Below are positions 1-8,762 of a stretch of 25,893 bases of DNA, one piece after another (the first letter of the stretch is position 1; each line of letters starts with the position of its first letter). The translations under genes and the position numbers were made by a program. A model generated the notes under the pieces. It searched no databases. It saw only the letters and a list, made by a program, of their open reading frames with translations, and was not told the DNA's origin. This DNA is from a virus (lineage: Duplodnaviria; Caudoviricetes), in the IMG/VR virus record IMGVR_UViG_3300014168_000015, positions 1 through 25,893 of that record. The stretch is one strand, 5' to 3'.

Positions 1-66
1 CTGCACACCCGCTACGGTGGAGCCGATGGGCATCAAATATGAGAAAAATCCAAGAAACGTTGACAT
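1..66 (-). CDS. 5' end of the next gene of the structural operon (partial, runs off window start); MSTFLGFFSYLMPIGSTVAGVQ...
   Basis: ATG at 66 on the minus strand, preceded by a strong SD (TAAGAGGAGTAAGT-ATG) just after the upstream stop; 22 open codons to the window edge. Confidence 0.75.
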   Translation of the reverse strand, partial: MSTFLGFFSYLMPIGSTVAGVQ

Positions 67-77
67 ACTTACTCCTC

Positions 78-1073
78 TTATTGCATCTTTAGGGTTTGCA
101 TTGTTATAGTTATGACGGCTGGTACGGTTCCGGTGTTCTGGATAGAGATGTACATATTTTGGTTTGCCGGTGAGTCCTGATTTGCCAACGTAGGCATTGG
201 GGAATTAACCCAGCTAAGCACCCCAGGAATCATGACCATTTCCAAGTACAGCCCATTGTTTCCCGTAGCCTTGATGGAAGCGGGGCGAGAATAGTCCATC
301 GTAGCAAATTGCTGAGTGCCGTAAATCCGGAATCGACACGCCACATTAGAGTAAACATTGCGAATTTGGAACTGATAGGCTTGCATCGGAACCGTGTAGA
401 CAGCCCCTTGCCCAACTCCAAGAGATCCAGTCGTATAAGTGATGGTAAAGGGCTGCATCAGAGCAAATCCCACCCCAACCTGAACCCCTACTTCGATCTT
501 TACTACTCCAGTCGTCGTAGAATCAGCCACAAAGAGGGGTTTTGCCACCTCGCTCTGTGAGATGGGACGGTTCAGCATCATCTGCCCAGGTGTTACATCG
601 GATAAGAAATAAACGTTACCTGGAGTCAGGCCACTCAGCCCTCCAACATGGCCACCTATCGTTAGGGTAAACTGGTTGGCAGATGGAACAGAAGTGACCA
701 TACCCTCTACTTCAGAGGTGGCAAAGGAGGTGGCGATAGCTAAAGCCCATATGGTGCCGTTGAAGTAGAGCCACTGGCCGATTGAGAAACCGTGAGCAGT
801 TTGGTTGACCAGGAACGAGCCATTGCCCGTAACATTGGTCCAATTTATATCAAGGATTCCACCCTGAAGCTGCCAAGTCTGCTGATCACTGGATGTATAG
901 CAAGTCATGCCCTCGCGTCTACGATCAGCCGGAATGGCATTACGGGCCGTCTCATCCGCAACTTCATGACTACCACCCAAACCAAACTGTGAATCATGAG
1001 TCGGATAAATGTCCGAAGTATCGGTTGGTGCGATGAATCCTGTGACTTGAACCCCACCCGGATATCCACTCAT
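78..1073 (-). CDS. Putative tail fibre/adhesin-type virion protein (331 aa)
   Basis: The N-terminal segment (YPTH...GG...VADETARNAIPADRRREGMTCY) resembles a module common in phage fibre proteins. A central beta-rich AHGF...GLTPGNVYFLS...PLFVADS module is paralogous to that in the 1708-2730 gene. It lies at the distal end of the baseplate operon and overlaps the endonuclease gene by ATGA. Confidence 0.65.
   Translation of the reverse strand: MSGYPGGVQVTGFIAPTDTSDIYPTHDSQFGLGGSHEVADETARNAIPADRRREGMTCYTSSDQQTWQLQGGILDINWTNVTGNGSFLVNQTAHGFSIGQWLYFNGTIWALAIATSFATSEVEGMVTSVPSANQFTLTIGGHVGGLSGLTPGNVYFLSDVTPGQMMLNRPISQSEVAKPLFVADSTTTGVVKIEVGVQVGVGFALMQPFTITYTTGSLGVGQGAVYTVPMQAYQFQIRNVYSNVACRFRIYGTQQFATMDYSRPASIKATGNNGLYLEMVMIPGVLSWVNSPMPTLANQDSPANQNMYISIQNTGTVPAVITITMQTLKMQ
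519..539. repeat. 21-bp exact direct repeat, copy 1 (AGAATCAGCCACAAAGAGGGG; encodes PLFVADS on the minus strand)
   Basis: Identical to 2395-2415; flanking bases differ. Confidence 0.95.
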
Positions 1074-1708
1074 GCGACCACCCTGAACCTTTTGATAGGC
1101 GTATTCTGTTGAACTGCCTTACTCAACTCTTTTCTGTCTATTTTTAACGTAGAACTAGCTTCATGTTTTGAGGAGAAGACAAATATCTCCCCAGTATCAA
1201 TATTTTGTATAGTAAGGGGGTGGGCTTTGGCACGTTTAGCCAGCCTCATTTTTTCCAAAGTTGTATCGGAAAACACTCTTCCCTTATGTGCAGCCCCAAT
1301 TTTTGCTTTAGTTTCTTCACTTTGCTTGTACCCAGTCCTGTCAGGGCGGCTTATTTCTCCATCAGCACACATCTGTTTTACTTTAATTGATATCCTTTTT
1401 TTACATTCATCAGAGTGAGAGAAACCAGACCTTACCCCAGCTACTGGGCATATATTAAGTTCTGGTTTGAGTTCATCCATAAATTTTTGTTCCATCTGAA
1501 TTTGAATTTTTGAGTCTTCACTTTCGAATAAAATCTCAAATTTAAAACAATCCTCCCCATATTTATTCCAGGATCTCTGTAATAAAATAGAATAGTGACG
1601 ATTATGTCTCAACATCCATAAATGCACACGCTTACGTCCTGGGAAATTGACCGTGCTCCCAATGTAGCGTTTGCCATTTTGAGTGTTTTGTATTGAGTAC
1701 ACGATCAT
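1070..1708 (-). CDS. Free-standing GIY-YIG homing endonuclease with NUMOD3-like repeats and a C-terminal HTH (212 aa)
   Basis: N-terminal IVYSIQNTQNGKRYIGS motif, LQRSWNKYG..F.FEIL, EQKFMD and LN motifs of the GIY-YIG fold; three NUMOD3-like repeats (HSDECKKRIS, QSEETKAKIG, FSDTTLEKMR); C-terminal FSSKHEASSTLKIDRKELSKAV NUMOD1-like helix-turn-helix; visibly more AT-rich than its flanks. Confidence 0.92.
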   Translation of the reverse strand: MIVYSIQNTQNGKRYIGSTVNFPGRKRVHLWMLRHNRHYSILLQRSWNKYGEDCFKFEILFESEDSKIQIQMEQKFMDELKPELNICPVAGVRSGFSHSDECKKRISIKVKQMCADGEISRPDRTGYKQSEETKAKIGAAHKGRVFSDTTLEKMRLAKRAKAHPLTIQNIDTGEIFVFSSKHEASSTLKIDRKELSKAVQQNTPIKRFRVVA

Positions 1709-2730
1709 TATGCCACCACTATTGCGACTGCGCCGCCGAGTTGGTTAAATGACTGGTAGACATTGTAGGCTATAACTACTCCGTGAGTATTGGTGACGTT
1801 AACCACATAGGGGGGATTGAATGGCACATTCAAATTTGTGCTCTGATCCCTGAAAGAGGTGGCCGTCCCCATAGAAACTGGGATACAAAGGTATTTATAT
1901 TCACTCGGAGAAGCAATAAAATCATAGACTCCGGCAAAGGCTGATTGTAAACCACTGACTCGGAGACCCGTAATGCCTGAAGAATCCAGTGTGGTGGCTG
2001 CGTTCTCCCCATAATAGACTCTATCATACCAAGAAATGGTGAAATTAGCAGAGAAAGTATCACTTTGCGTATCAGTCCCCGTTATTCTGAAATTTTCCGA
2101 GCTTACGGAAGTCTTGGTGATTCCCGCATACGTAGAATCAAAGGGTGGGGTCACTGAAAGACCAGTGCCTAGCATAACTGAGGCTGTGGTATCAGAAATT
2201 GCAATCGTATTAGCCAGAACATTGCTCAGATTGGTGATGGACCACGTGAATATCGGGTTTGCAGAGCTTGTGGCCCCAACTTCCAGTGAGTTGCTCTGAG
2301 ATTCAATGGCGAAGCCGGAAAAAGCAGGAGTCTGGTAAGGATTCCCACCTCCACCACCCCCACCACCTCCAATTTTTACATATCCGGAGGTAGCAGAATC
2401 AGCCACAAAGAGGGGCATTACATTTGTCCCAGAAATTGGACTCATCCCACCAGGAGTTCCGTTAGAGAGGTAATAAAGGGCTCCAGGGGACAACCCGGTG
2501 AGGCCGACTGAGGAGTCAACGTAACCTTCGAGGGTCATCACAAATACATCGGCAGTCGCAACTGCACTTACCATACCAATAATTACAGAAGAATTTGCCG
2601 CATTGGCCTGTCCCAACGCATAAGCGGTCCCATTAAACCAAAGCCAATCCCCCACGGCAAAGCCATGAGCAACCTGAATGATTTGCTTTACGCTTGCCTG
2701 AAGGGCACTTAATTGATTTGGATTGTTCAC
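1708..2730 (-). CDS. Putative tail fibre/adhesin-type virion protein (~340 aa; likely GTG start at 2730 rather than TTG at 2751)
   Basis: AGGGAG SD 9 nt upstream of GTG 2730. N-terminal AHGF...LSPGALYYLS...PLFVADS module, a Gly9 linker (2344-2370), then Ser/Thr-rich beta domains ending in YYG...YKYLCIP...YNVYQS. Confidence 0.65.
   Translation of the reverse strand: MNNPNQLSALQASVKQIIQVAHGFAVGDWLWFNGTAYALGQANAANSSVIIGMVSAVATADVFVMTLEGYVDSSVGLTGLSPGALYYLSNGTPGGMSPISGTNVMPLFVADSATSGYVKIGGGGGGGGGNPYQTPAFSGFAIESQSNSLEVGATSSANPIFTWSITNLSNVLANTIAISDTTASVMLGTGLSVTPPFDSTYAGITKTSVSSENFRITGTDTQSDTFSANFTISWYDRVYYGENAATTLDSSGITGLRVSGLQSAFAGVYDFIASPSEYKYLCIPVSMGTATSFRDQSTNLNVPFNPPYVVNVTNTHGVVIAYNVYQSFNQLGGAVAIVVA
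2395..2415. repeat. 21-bp exact direct repeat, copy 2
   Basis: Identical to 519-539 and read in the same codon phase (CCC CTC TTT GTG GCT GAT TCT). Confidence 0.95.
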
Positions 2731-2777
2731 CTGACTCGGCTCCCTCAACAAAGGATTGAGAAGTGAGAAAACCTTTG

Positions 2778-5700
2778 TTATGAAGCGTAAGCGGTCCCAG
2801 CAGTCGGTAAAAGGAAATTCAGCACGATGGTCCCGACTCCATCGAAGGTTAGATCACGAGCCACATCATTTCCATTCGTGTCGATGACAGAAATATTCAC
2901 ATAATGGCCTGTGGGGTTGGGGAATGTCCAGGTAAGCTCTGGAGTGGGCTGCTCATACTCGAAGTATTTGACCAAGGCTCCCCCATTTCCACCCGTATCC
3001 ATGGGGATATTGGGTTGATAAATGAATTTATCCACATCCGTGGCACGACCCACTGCAATAACCCATCGGCAATTGGTACTCACATAGTTAAAATCATGGG
3101 TCAGTAATCCACCAGGACCAACGTAGAGAATCTGACCCGGAAGAAGATTTCCAGAGGAGGTCAGTGGGGTAGTATTCGAGCCTGCAACTCCTGAAGGGGA
3201 TGCACTGGCCTGTACGGGCATGATGGTGGAGGTGGTGATCTGATACTCCTGGCCATACATCAAAGCTGTAGAAACGGTCTGGTTGGCCGCAGCATTGTTC
3301 AGGACCACTCCATCATAGTAAGGAGTGTCTGGTTGGTCTACTTCCGGAGTGATCGGAAGGGCTTTTCCATCGGCATTCGTATAGACTGCGGTCAATGAAA
3401 CCAATGGGGTGGCTGCTGGTTGCTGTTTAATCCCACTTCCAAGAATACCCCATGTGTATTTTCCATACACCGGCTCCGTGTCTGTCCCAGATAACTTGAG
3501 ATTGGAAGTGATTTTTGCAATTAATTGGTCTACCGAGACAGCCGCAGCGGACTCAGAGGTGTCAGAGGTGGTGGGAATAGTGCTAATCCCACCCGATTGA
3601 ATGATTTGGCCATCCGCTGAGACAGTAAATCCGTAGGAAGAGGTATCCAGTGTGAAGGCGAGGCACTGGAAATTGAAATCAGGGAGCAGCGTGGCGGTGC
3701 TCTGACCATTTGTGGAGGCGTATATCTGCACTGTGTCATTTTTGTTGAAAACTATCGTCTCATTCAACTGAATCGTCACCTGATCAATCACATTGTGCGA
3801 TTCCTGAGTGAAGACGGGAACTCCATTAATCCAAATTTGGATTTCGCGCACAGCGGGAACAGTTAGGGCTCCAAATACGTAAGTTCCGGTTAATAAATAA
3901 CTTCCAGCCGTCTGGATAGTGAAGAGGCCAGAAGAGGTGACATTTCCAACAATATCCAAAGGGGTCGTATCAAAACGAAGCAGTGTAGCGGTCGAAGGGC
4001 TGATGGAGGCAGACACACTACTGGAGACCTGGAAGCCTTGGATCACCGAATTGGCAACAATGGCCTTTAGGTTGGAGATTTCTTGTGAAGCGACAGCAAT
4101 GGACTTATTCCCATTGTTTAGAGCGGTTGCCCACGCACTATTCAGATCCAGCATAGTCAATTGAGTCGTAACCGGAAGAGCCTGGATGTCAGGACGACTC
4201 AGGAAAGTCTGAGCATCAAACGTCAAATTGGGAGAAATCCCACTCCAGCCTGCTGAGGCATCATCAGGGGGAACCCAAAGCCCTTGAGCATTGGCACTCG
4301 TGTCAATTTCGGTAGGCAAATTAATCAGATCTACCCCCGGAGTCCAACCAGCAGATCGGGTAGTTGCATCAGTGTAGAGATAAGTGTAGAGTGCCGTAGA
4401 ACCTAGCGGATTAACATTGGAATCGATGGTCTGCCAGTAATTCATCACGTATGGTAGGGCTACGGGGCTCTCAGAATTTGAGTTACTGGAAGCCACCAAT
4501 GCGTTGAAGCTGGCTGCCCACTCACGCCAATACTGGCTGTAACGATCCACTTCAGTCGCAAAAGCAAACTGGTCATAAATGAAACGGTAGCTTGGGTTCT
4601 GAGACTGGAATTGCGGATTATTCTGAATAGCAATCTGGCCGACTGCAATCGCAGCATTGACTTGCTTAGTCCAAGCCGGATCAATCATAATCGTTGAAGG
4701 ATAAGTAGCCAGACCATCGGAACTCAGCGTAACCGCCAGGGTACGAGTATCAATAGTTGTTTCAGAAAAATCTAGCGCCCCATCCGTATACCCAAAAAAT
4801 GAAGAAGTGGCGGAGGAATCCCATGTGGCGTTACGTGTATAGCCAAGGAGTGAGGCTTCCACGTAAGAAAGCTGCCATAAAAGAACACTGAGTTCTGGAT
4901 CCTGCATACTGTTGAGGATAGAGAGAATGGGGAGATCAGCGGGGCCACTCAGGATGTTATTAGGGTCCAGACCATTCCAGGGGGTGGGGGTGTTCTGCAA
5001 ATAAGAGACAGAGGGAACGATGTATTGCTGGTAGATAGCCTCGTACTCTGGAATCCAAGAACCGGCCCGACCTTGACGGCACAAGTAGAGATAGATGATC
5101 CATGCGGCGGAAATGTTGGAGTCTCGGTTAGCATTTACCTGTCCAAGGTTAATCGCAGAGACAACCTCAGCCTTGAATACGGCTGAATCAACCGTAGGAG
5201 CAATCGGAAGATTCGCCGCAGAGGCTATATTAGCAATGTACACTGCTGAGGGTAAGCTGTAGTTGTTTATGATGGATGCGGGAGCCGGAAGGGAACCCTG
5301 AAAATCAGTCGTTGGGTTAAATGAGGCCGGATAAAGGGGGGTTGTGGTGGTCGGAGGATTCAGGAACAGGGATTGGAACCCAGGGTCAGCCTGCTGATCC
5401 GGAGAGACGACAAAACCAGCAAATGGGCTGCTGCCGGGAGCATCCGGAGTGCCAAGAGCCGGGTTAACCGGTAGAGTAACCGAAGGAGCTACCGTTCCTG
5501 CGGTTACGGGAGTTGGAGAAACGAATGAAGCTGAAGCGATAGGTGAGGTTGCGTTGGTGATCGTATTCCCATAGGGGGCGATAGCAATACCGGGGGAGTA
5601 AAAAGGTTTGGGTGACTGAATCGTGCATTGAGGGAATGTAAAATGCAAATTCATCGAAGGCAGTCCTAGTTTGAGCCCCTTTAGGTTGAATCCCTGGAAG

Positions 5701-6191
5701 TTGAATAGGTTTCCAAGCAAGAAAGCCAAAGAAGGGAGCTTGGGGAGATGGAAATTGCAAATCTGGCTCAAAAGCAAGGCAATGGCATTCAAAATCGATT
5801 GAATCATTGCCACCATATTGCGAATCATCGTTTCAATCAGAGCAATAATCTTGATAATCGCTTGAACGGTCTTGATTACGTTATCGATAAACGTAACCAT
5901 CTGCTTAATAAACACGATTACCTGAGCGATACAAGCCGGAGGGGCTGAAGTCGGTGGCAACGCAGCCAACATGGCATTGATGATGTGATTCAGTTCTGAC
6001 TGAATCCACTGCATCAACTCCTGCTCCATCTTTTTTACTTCGTAGATGAGTTGACCAATTTCCTGCTCAATCATTCTCCCATCAGTCATGGCCGTATGAT
6101 ATTGGCTCTCAATCCAAGGTAGGCATGGAACATTAGAGGGCTGACTGACACCAGCCGGGGCATTGATGGGAAGAAAAGTAGAGGCAGGCAT
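2778..6191 (-). CDS. Large multidomain baseplate/fibre-associated virion protein (1137 aa)
   Basis: N-terminal hydrophobic heptad helices, Pro/Ser/Thr-rich linker, helical middle region, a C1q/TNF-like jelly-roll segment (LRFDT...SGLFTIQTAGSYLLTG...IWING...FNKNDTVQIY, ~3655-4040), a LLPGQILYVGPGGLLT module, and a C-terminal TWTFPNPTGHYVNISVIDTNG fibre-like domain; directly downstream of the spike gene. Confidence 0.6.
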   Translation of the reverse strand: MPASTFLPINAPAGVSQPSNVPCLPWIESQYHTAMTDGRMIEQEIGQLIYEVKKMEQELMQWIQSELNHIINAMLAALPPTSAPPACIAQVIVFIKQMVTFIDNVIKTVQAIIKIIALIETMIRNMVAMIQSILNAIALLLSQICNFHLPKLPSLAFLLGNLFNFQGFNLKGLKLGLPSMNLHFTFPQCTIQSPKPFYSPGIAIAPYGNTITNATSPIASASFVSPTPVTAGTVAPSVTLPVNPALGTPDAPGSSPFAGFVVSPDQQADPGFQSLFLNPPTTTTPLYPASFNPTTDFQGSLPAPASIINNYSLPSAVYIANIASAANLPIAPTVDSAVFKAEVVSAINLGQVNANRDSNISAAWIIYLYLCRQGRAGSWIPEYEAIYQQYIVPSVSYLQNTPTPWNGLDPNNILSGPADLPILSILNSMQDPELSVLLWQLSYVEASLLGYTRNATWDSSATSSFFGYTDGALDFSETTIDTRTLAVTLSSDGLATYPSTIMIDPAWTKQVNAAIAVGQIAIQNNPQFQSQNPSYRFIYDQFAFATEVDRYSQYWREWAASFNALVASSNSNSESPVALPYVMNYWQTIDSNVNPLGSTALYTYLYTDATTRSAGWTPGVDLINLPTEIDTSANAQGLWVPPDDASAGWSGISPNLTFDAQTFLSRPDIQALPVTTQLTMLDLNSAWATALNNGNKSIAVASQEISNLKAIVANSVIQGFQVSSSVSASISPSTATLLRFDTTPLDIVGNVTSSGLFTIQTAGSYLLTGTYVFGALTVPAVREIQIWINGVPVFTQESHNVIDQVTIQLNETIVFNKNDTVQIYASTNGQSTATLLPDFNFQCLAFTLDTSSYGFTVSADGQIIQSGGISTIPTTSDTSESAAAVSVDQLIAKITSNLKLSGTDTEPVYGKYTWGILGSGIKQQPAATPLVSLTAVYTNADGKALPITPEVDQPDTPYYDGVVLNNAAANQTVSTALMYGQEYQITTSTIMPVQASASPSGVAGSNTTPLTSSGNLLPGQILYVGPGGLLTHDFNYVSTNCRWVIAVGRATDVDKFIYQPNIPMDTGGNGGALVKYFEYEQPTPELTWTFPNPTGHYVNISVIDTNGNDVARDLTFDGVGTIVLNFLLPTAGTAYAS

Positions 6192-6194
6192 GGG

Positions 6195-8759
6195 TTAATC
6201 ACCAGTGGGGGAGAGGAAGGATGGAGAGGACGGGTTTGTCGGTGGAAGCGAGTCATCCGTCTGATTAATTACGTCTGCACCACCCTCATACTGCTGGATT
6301 CCACCAGTTCCAGATTCGCGGTAATTGATAGAATTGCCGACATCCAGGATTGCTGTTGCTCTTCGGATATCAGCCGTATGAGTCAATGCGAGTCGATGGT
6401 TAGTTTCAGAAATTATGTCTCCCGTCACATTGAGATGAAGATTTCCTTTAATTACAATGTCCACATCTCCGTTAATCTCTAAACGAATGGCCTTGGTGTA
6501 GTTAGTAGCAGAACTAGTCTGATTTGACCCAATTGTTGCCTCAATCCCCCCATCCAACTGTGCGATGAGTGAACGACCCATGCTATCCGCACCAATAGCG
6601 GCAAGAATCGCCCCGGCCAGATCAAATGTGGCAGATAATCCCACGTTATCATTCTTCCCAGCCCGAACAAAAAGATCTCGAACCGCATGAATATCAGCAG
6701 AGCTTCCAAGATAATCCACAAATCCACCCGTTGCATCCCCGGCCCATGAATCATAGGGGGAGATTCCGATAGGTGGAGCATTTCCGAGCAGAGGCTGACC
6801 AACCTTGGTTAAATCATGGAATTGATAGATCGTATCCAGGGCCGCACCCTTAGTGGCAGTCTGAGCAAGCTGGTACACGGGGCGATTAGGGCTACGGGAG
6901 TCCAGACGATTCGAATCCGTAATCGCATAAGGTGTTTTACCCGGCCCATCCTGGTAGCCGTTGAAGAAATGGCGGCGTTTCGAGCCCTTGTTTCGGCCAC
7001 CCAGACGAAGCACCAGTCCACCGTCCAATGCAGCCCTGAGACTCACATTTTCTGCCCCAGTTTTCGCACTAAGATTTCCTGCATCCCCAGGAGTCAACTT
7101 AACCCCGCTGGTCCACTGACCCAGCAGGTTTTTAGACTGAGTGCCCCAATACTGAAGAGAGCGATCAGTAATCATATCCTTCTTTCCGCGAATTTGTGTC
7201 TGTGAGACACGGCGGAAGTTAGGAGTAGAGGCATCATCGGCCCCGAGACGCAGCACAGCCCCACCGGTAGTCTGAATATCTAAACTTTCCTCTTCGTCAC
7301 GGTTCTTGCCTAGCACCAACTTGACTGAACCGGTGAAATTGCCCTCAAGAGATCGACCTGCACCATGAGGGTGTTCATATTTTCCGGAATCCCAGACAAT
7401 ATTCTCTTTTGGGAGGGTTGAACCAATTTCAAATAAAGCCATTCCCTCTTTGGTGACTTCAAATCGAGTCGTATTATACTCATAAGGGAATCTGAGGGAC
7501 CACGCAGAGGCGGCTAGACGGGCCTCAGACTGGTCTGGAAGTTTTGTGACCGCAGAGTAGCCAGACATCGTGTCAGCGGCAAAGCGGCCTGCTGTGGTGA
7601 GAGGAAACACCATCGGCTTGAGCACTTTGCCATAGGTTGTCGCATCAAACATGTTTGACCCAACGAGGGTGCCTTCAGCTTTTTCAATAATCCATCCACG
7701 ACGACGAGGGGTGGGGCCATCATTCAAGGCGGGACCGACTCCAGGGTTCTCGGCGGGATTATTTGGATGATCCCAAGGTTGGGTGAAGGGCCACGCCTGA
7801 TCCTCAACATACATGCTTTCATTCGAAGAAGCCCCTTCCGACTCATCAATCATGGTGGTCCGATTCCACCAGTTCTGGTTATCCGTTGGAGAAGAGGGAT
7901 CAGGGAAGGGTTGAACCGTCCCCAGAATCTTGTCCCACATATCGGTCTCATAAATCTCATGCGGAACCGGATAATCCAGACCAAATTCCTGAATTTTCTC
8001 CACATGCTCTACGAAAGGAATCATATCCTGAATCAAGAGGTCATTCTGGCCAAAATAACGGGCTGACCAGTCTGTAACGGTTGGGTTCAGATAGAGAACC
8101 CATTCTTTTGATCCATCTGGGAGCACATGGGGTGTGATATCGGATGAATTAGCCTGGGGGCGATGCACAAACCCCTCATACTTCAATGCAGTATCAGTCC
8201 TGGTAACCTGCCGACCAGTGCTGGATATGCGAGTGCGGCGGAAAGGGTCAAGCTGATCCCGACTCAAATCCATCGCAGCCTGATCCCAACCGTTAGCAAA
8301 TTTAGCTGTGTACCCGTCTGTTTTAGCAATTGTATGCTGACCCGGATAGGCTTTCCGATAGACTCCACGAGTCCGATCCGTCCACTCTCCTAGTGGCCCA
8401 TCAGAAGAAGAGATGGCACGTTGGGCTACCGCATCCTGAGAGGTAGTTGTAGCGGAGAGCAGGTAGCATATAATAACATGTTGAGAGGCCCCTTTATTCC
8501 ATTCTAATGTTGCGGCTAAGCACTGAGTGCCCTCTTCAGGCATATCCACATCTGTCCCCTCCGTTGAGGAAGAGTTTGCTGGGAAAGCGACAACATCTTG
8601 GTATATCTGGTTATGTCTGGAATCTCGTATAGCAACAACCTTCCGCTCGTAGTCTACCCTAACTACCGTTGCGGAGAAAACTTGATACTGCTCATCTGAA
8701 CGAGAAGACTGAGAAAGAGGCAGCGGAATAGGTTTTTTAACAAAACTTTTAACAACCAT
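6195..8759 (-). CDS. Baseplate central spike, gp5/gpV/VgrG-like (854 aa)
   Basis: N-terminal OB-fold-like pattern (ATVVRVDYERKVV...DMPEEGTQCL) and C-terminal beta-helix repeats (LEINGDVDIVIKGNLHLNVTGDI); follows the hub-like gene. Confidence 0.7.
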   Translation of the reverse strand: MVVKSFVKKPIPLPLSQSSRSDEQYQVFSATVVRVDYERKVVAIRDSRHNQIYQDVVAFPANSSSTEGTDVDMPEEGTQCLAATLEWNKGASQHVIICYLLSATTTSQDAVAQRAISSSDGPLGEWTDRTRGVYRKAYPGQHTIAKTDGYTAKFANGWDQAAMDLSRDQLDPFRRTRISSTGRQVTRTDTALKYEGFVHRPQANSSDITPHVLPDGSKEWVLYLNPTVTDWSARYFGQNDLLIQDMIPFVEHVEKIQEFGLDYPVPHEIYETDMWDKILGTVQPFPDPSSPTDNQNWWNRTTMIDESEGASSNESMYVEDQAWPFTQPWDHPNNPAENPGVGPALNDGPTPRRRGWIIEKAEGTLVGSNMFDATTYGKVLKPMVFPLTTAGRFAADTMSGYSAVTKLPDQSEARLAASAWSLRFPYEYNTTRFEVTKEGMALFEIGSTLPKENIVWDSGKYEHPHGAGRSLEGNFTGSVKLVLGKNRDEEESLDIQTTGGAVLRLGADDASTPNFRRVSQTQIRGKKDMITDRSLQYWGTQSKNLLGQWTSGVKLTPGDAGNLSAKTGAENVSLRAALDGGLVLRLGGRNKGSKRRHFFNGYQDGPGKTPYAITDSNRLDSRSPNRPVYQLAQTATKGAALDTIYQFHDLTKVGQPLLGNAPPIGISPYDSWAGDATGGFVDYLGSSADIHAVRDLFVRAGKNDNVGLSATFDLAGAILAAIGADSMGRSLIAQLDGGIEATIGSNQTSSATNYTKAIRLEINGDVDIVIKGNLHLNVTGDIISETNHRLALTHTADIRRATAILDVGNSINYRESGTGGIQQYEGGADVINQTDDSLPPTNPSSPSFLSPTGD

Positions 8760-8762
8760 CGT

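Noticed and set aside
1070-1708. Group I intron housing the GIY-YIG ORF
   Set aside because: The ORF overlaps both neighbours, and each neighbour has its own start and stop, so there is no room for ribozyme core sequence.
2344-2370. CCA/CCT-rich microsatellite-like tract
   Set aside because: Explained as a Gly9 interdomain linker with mixed codons.
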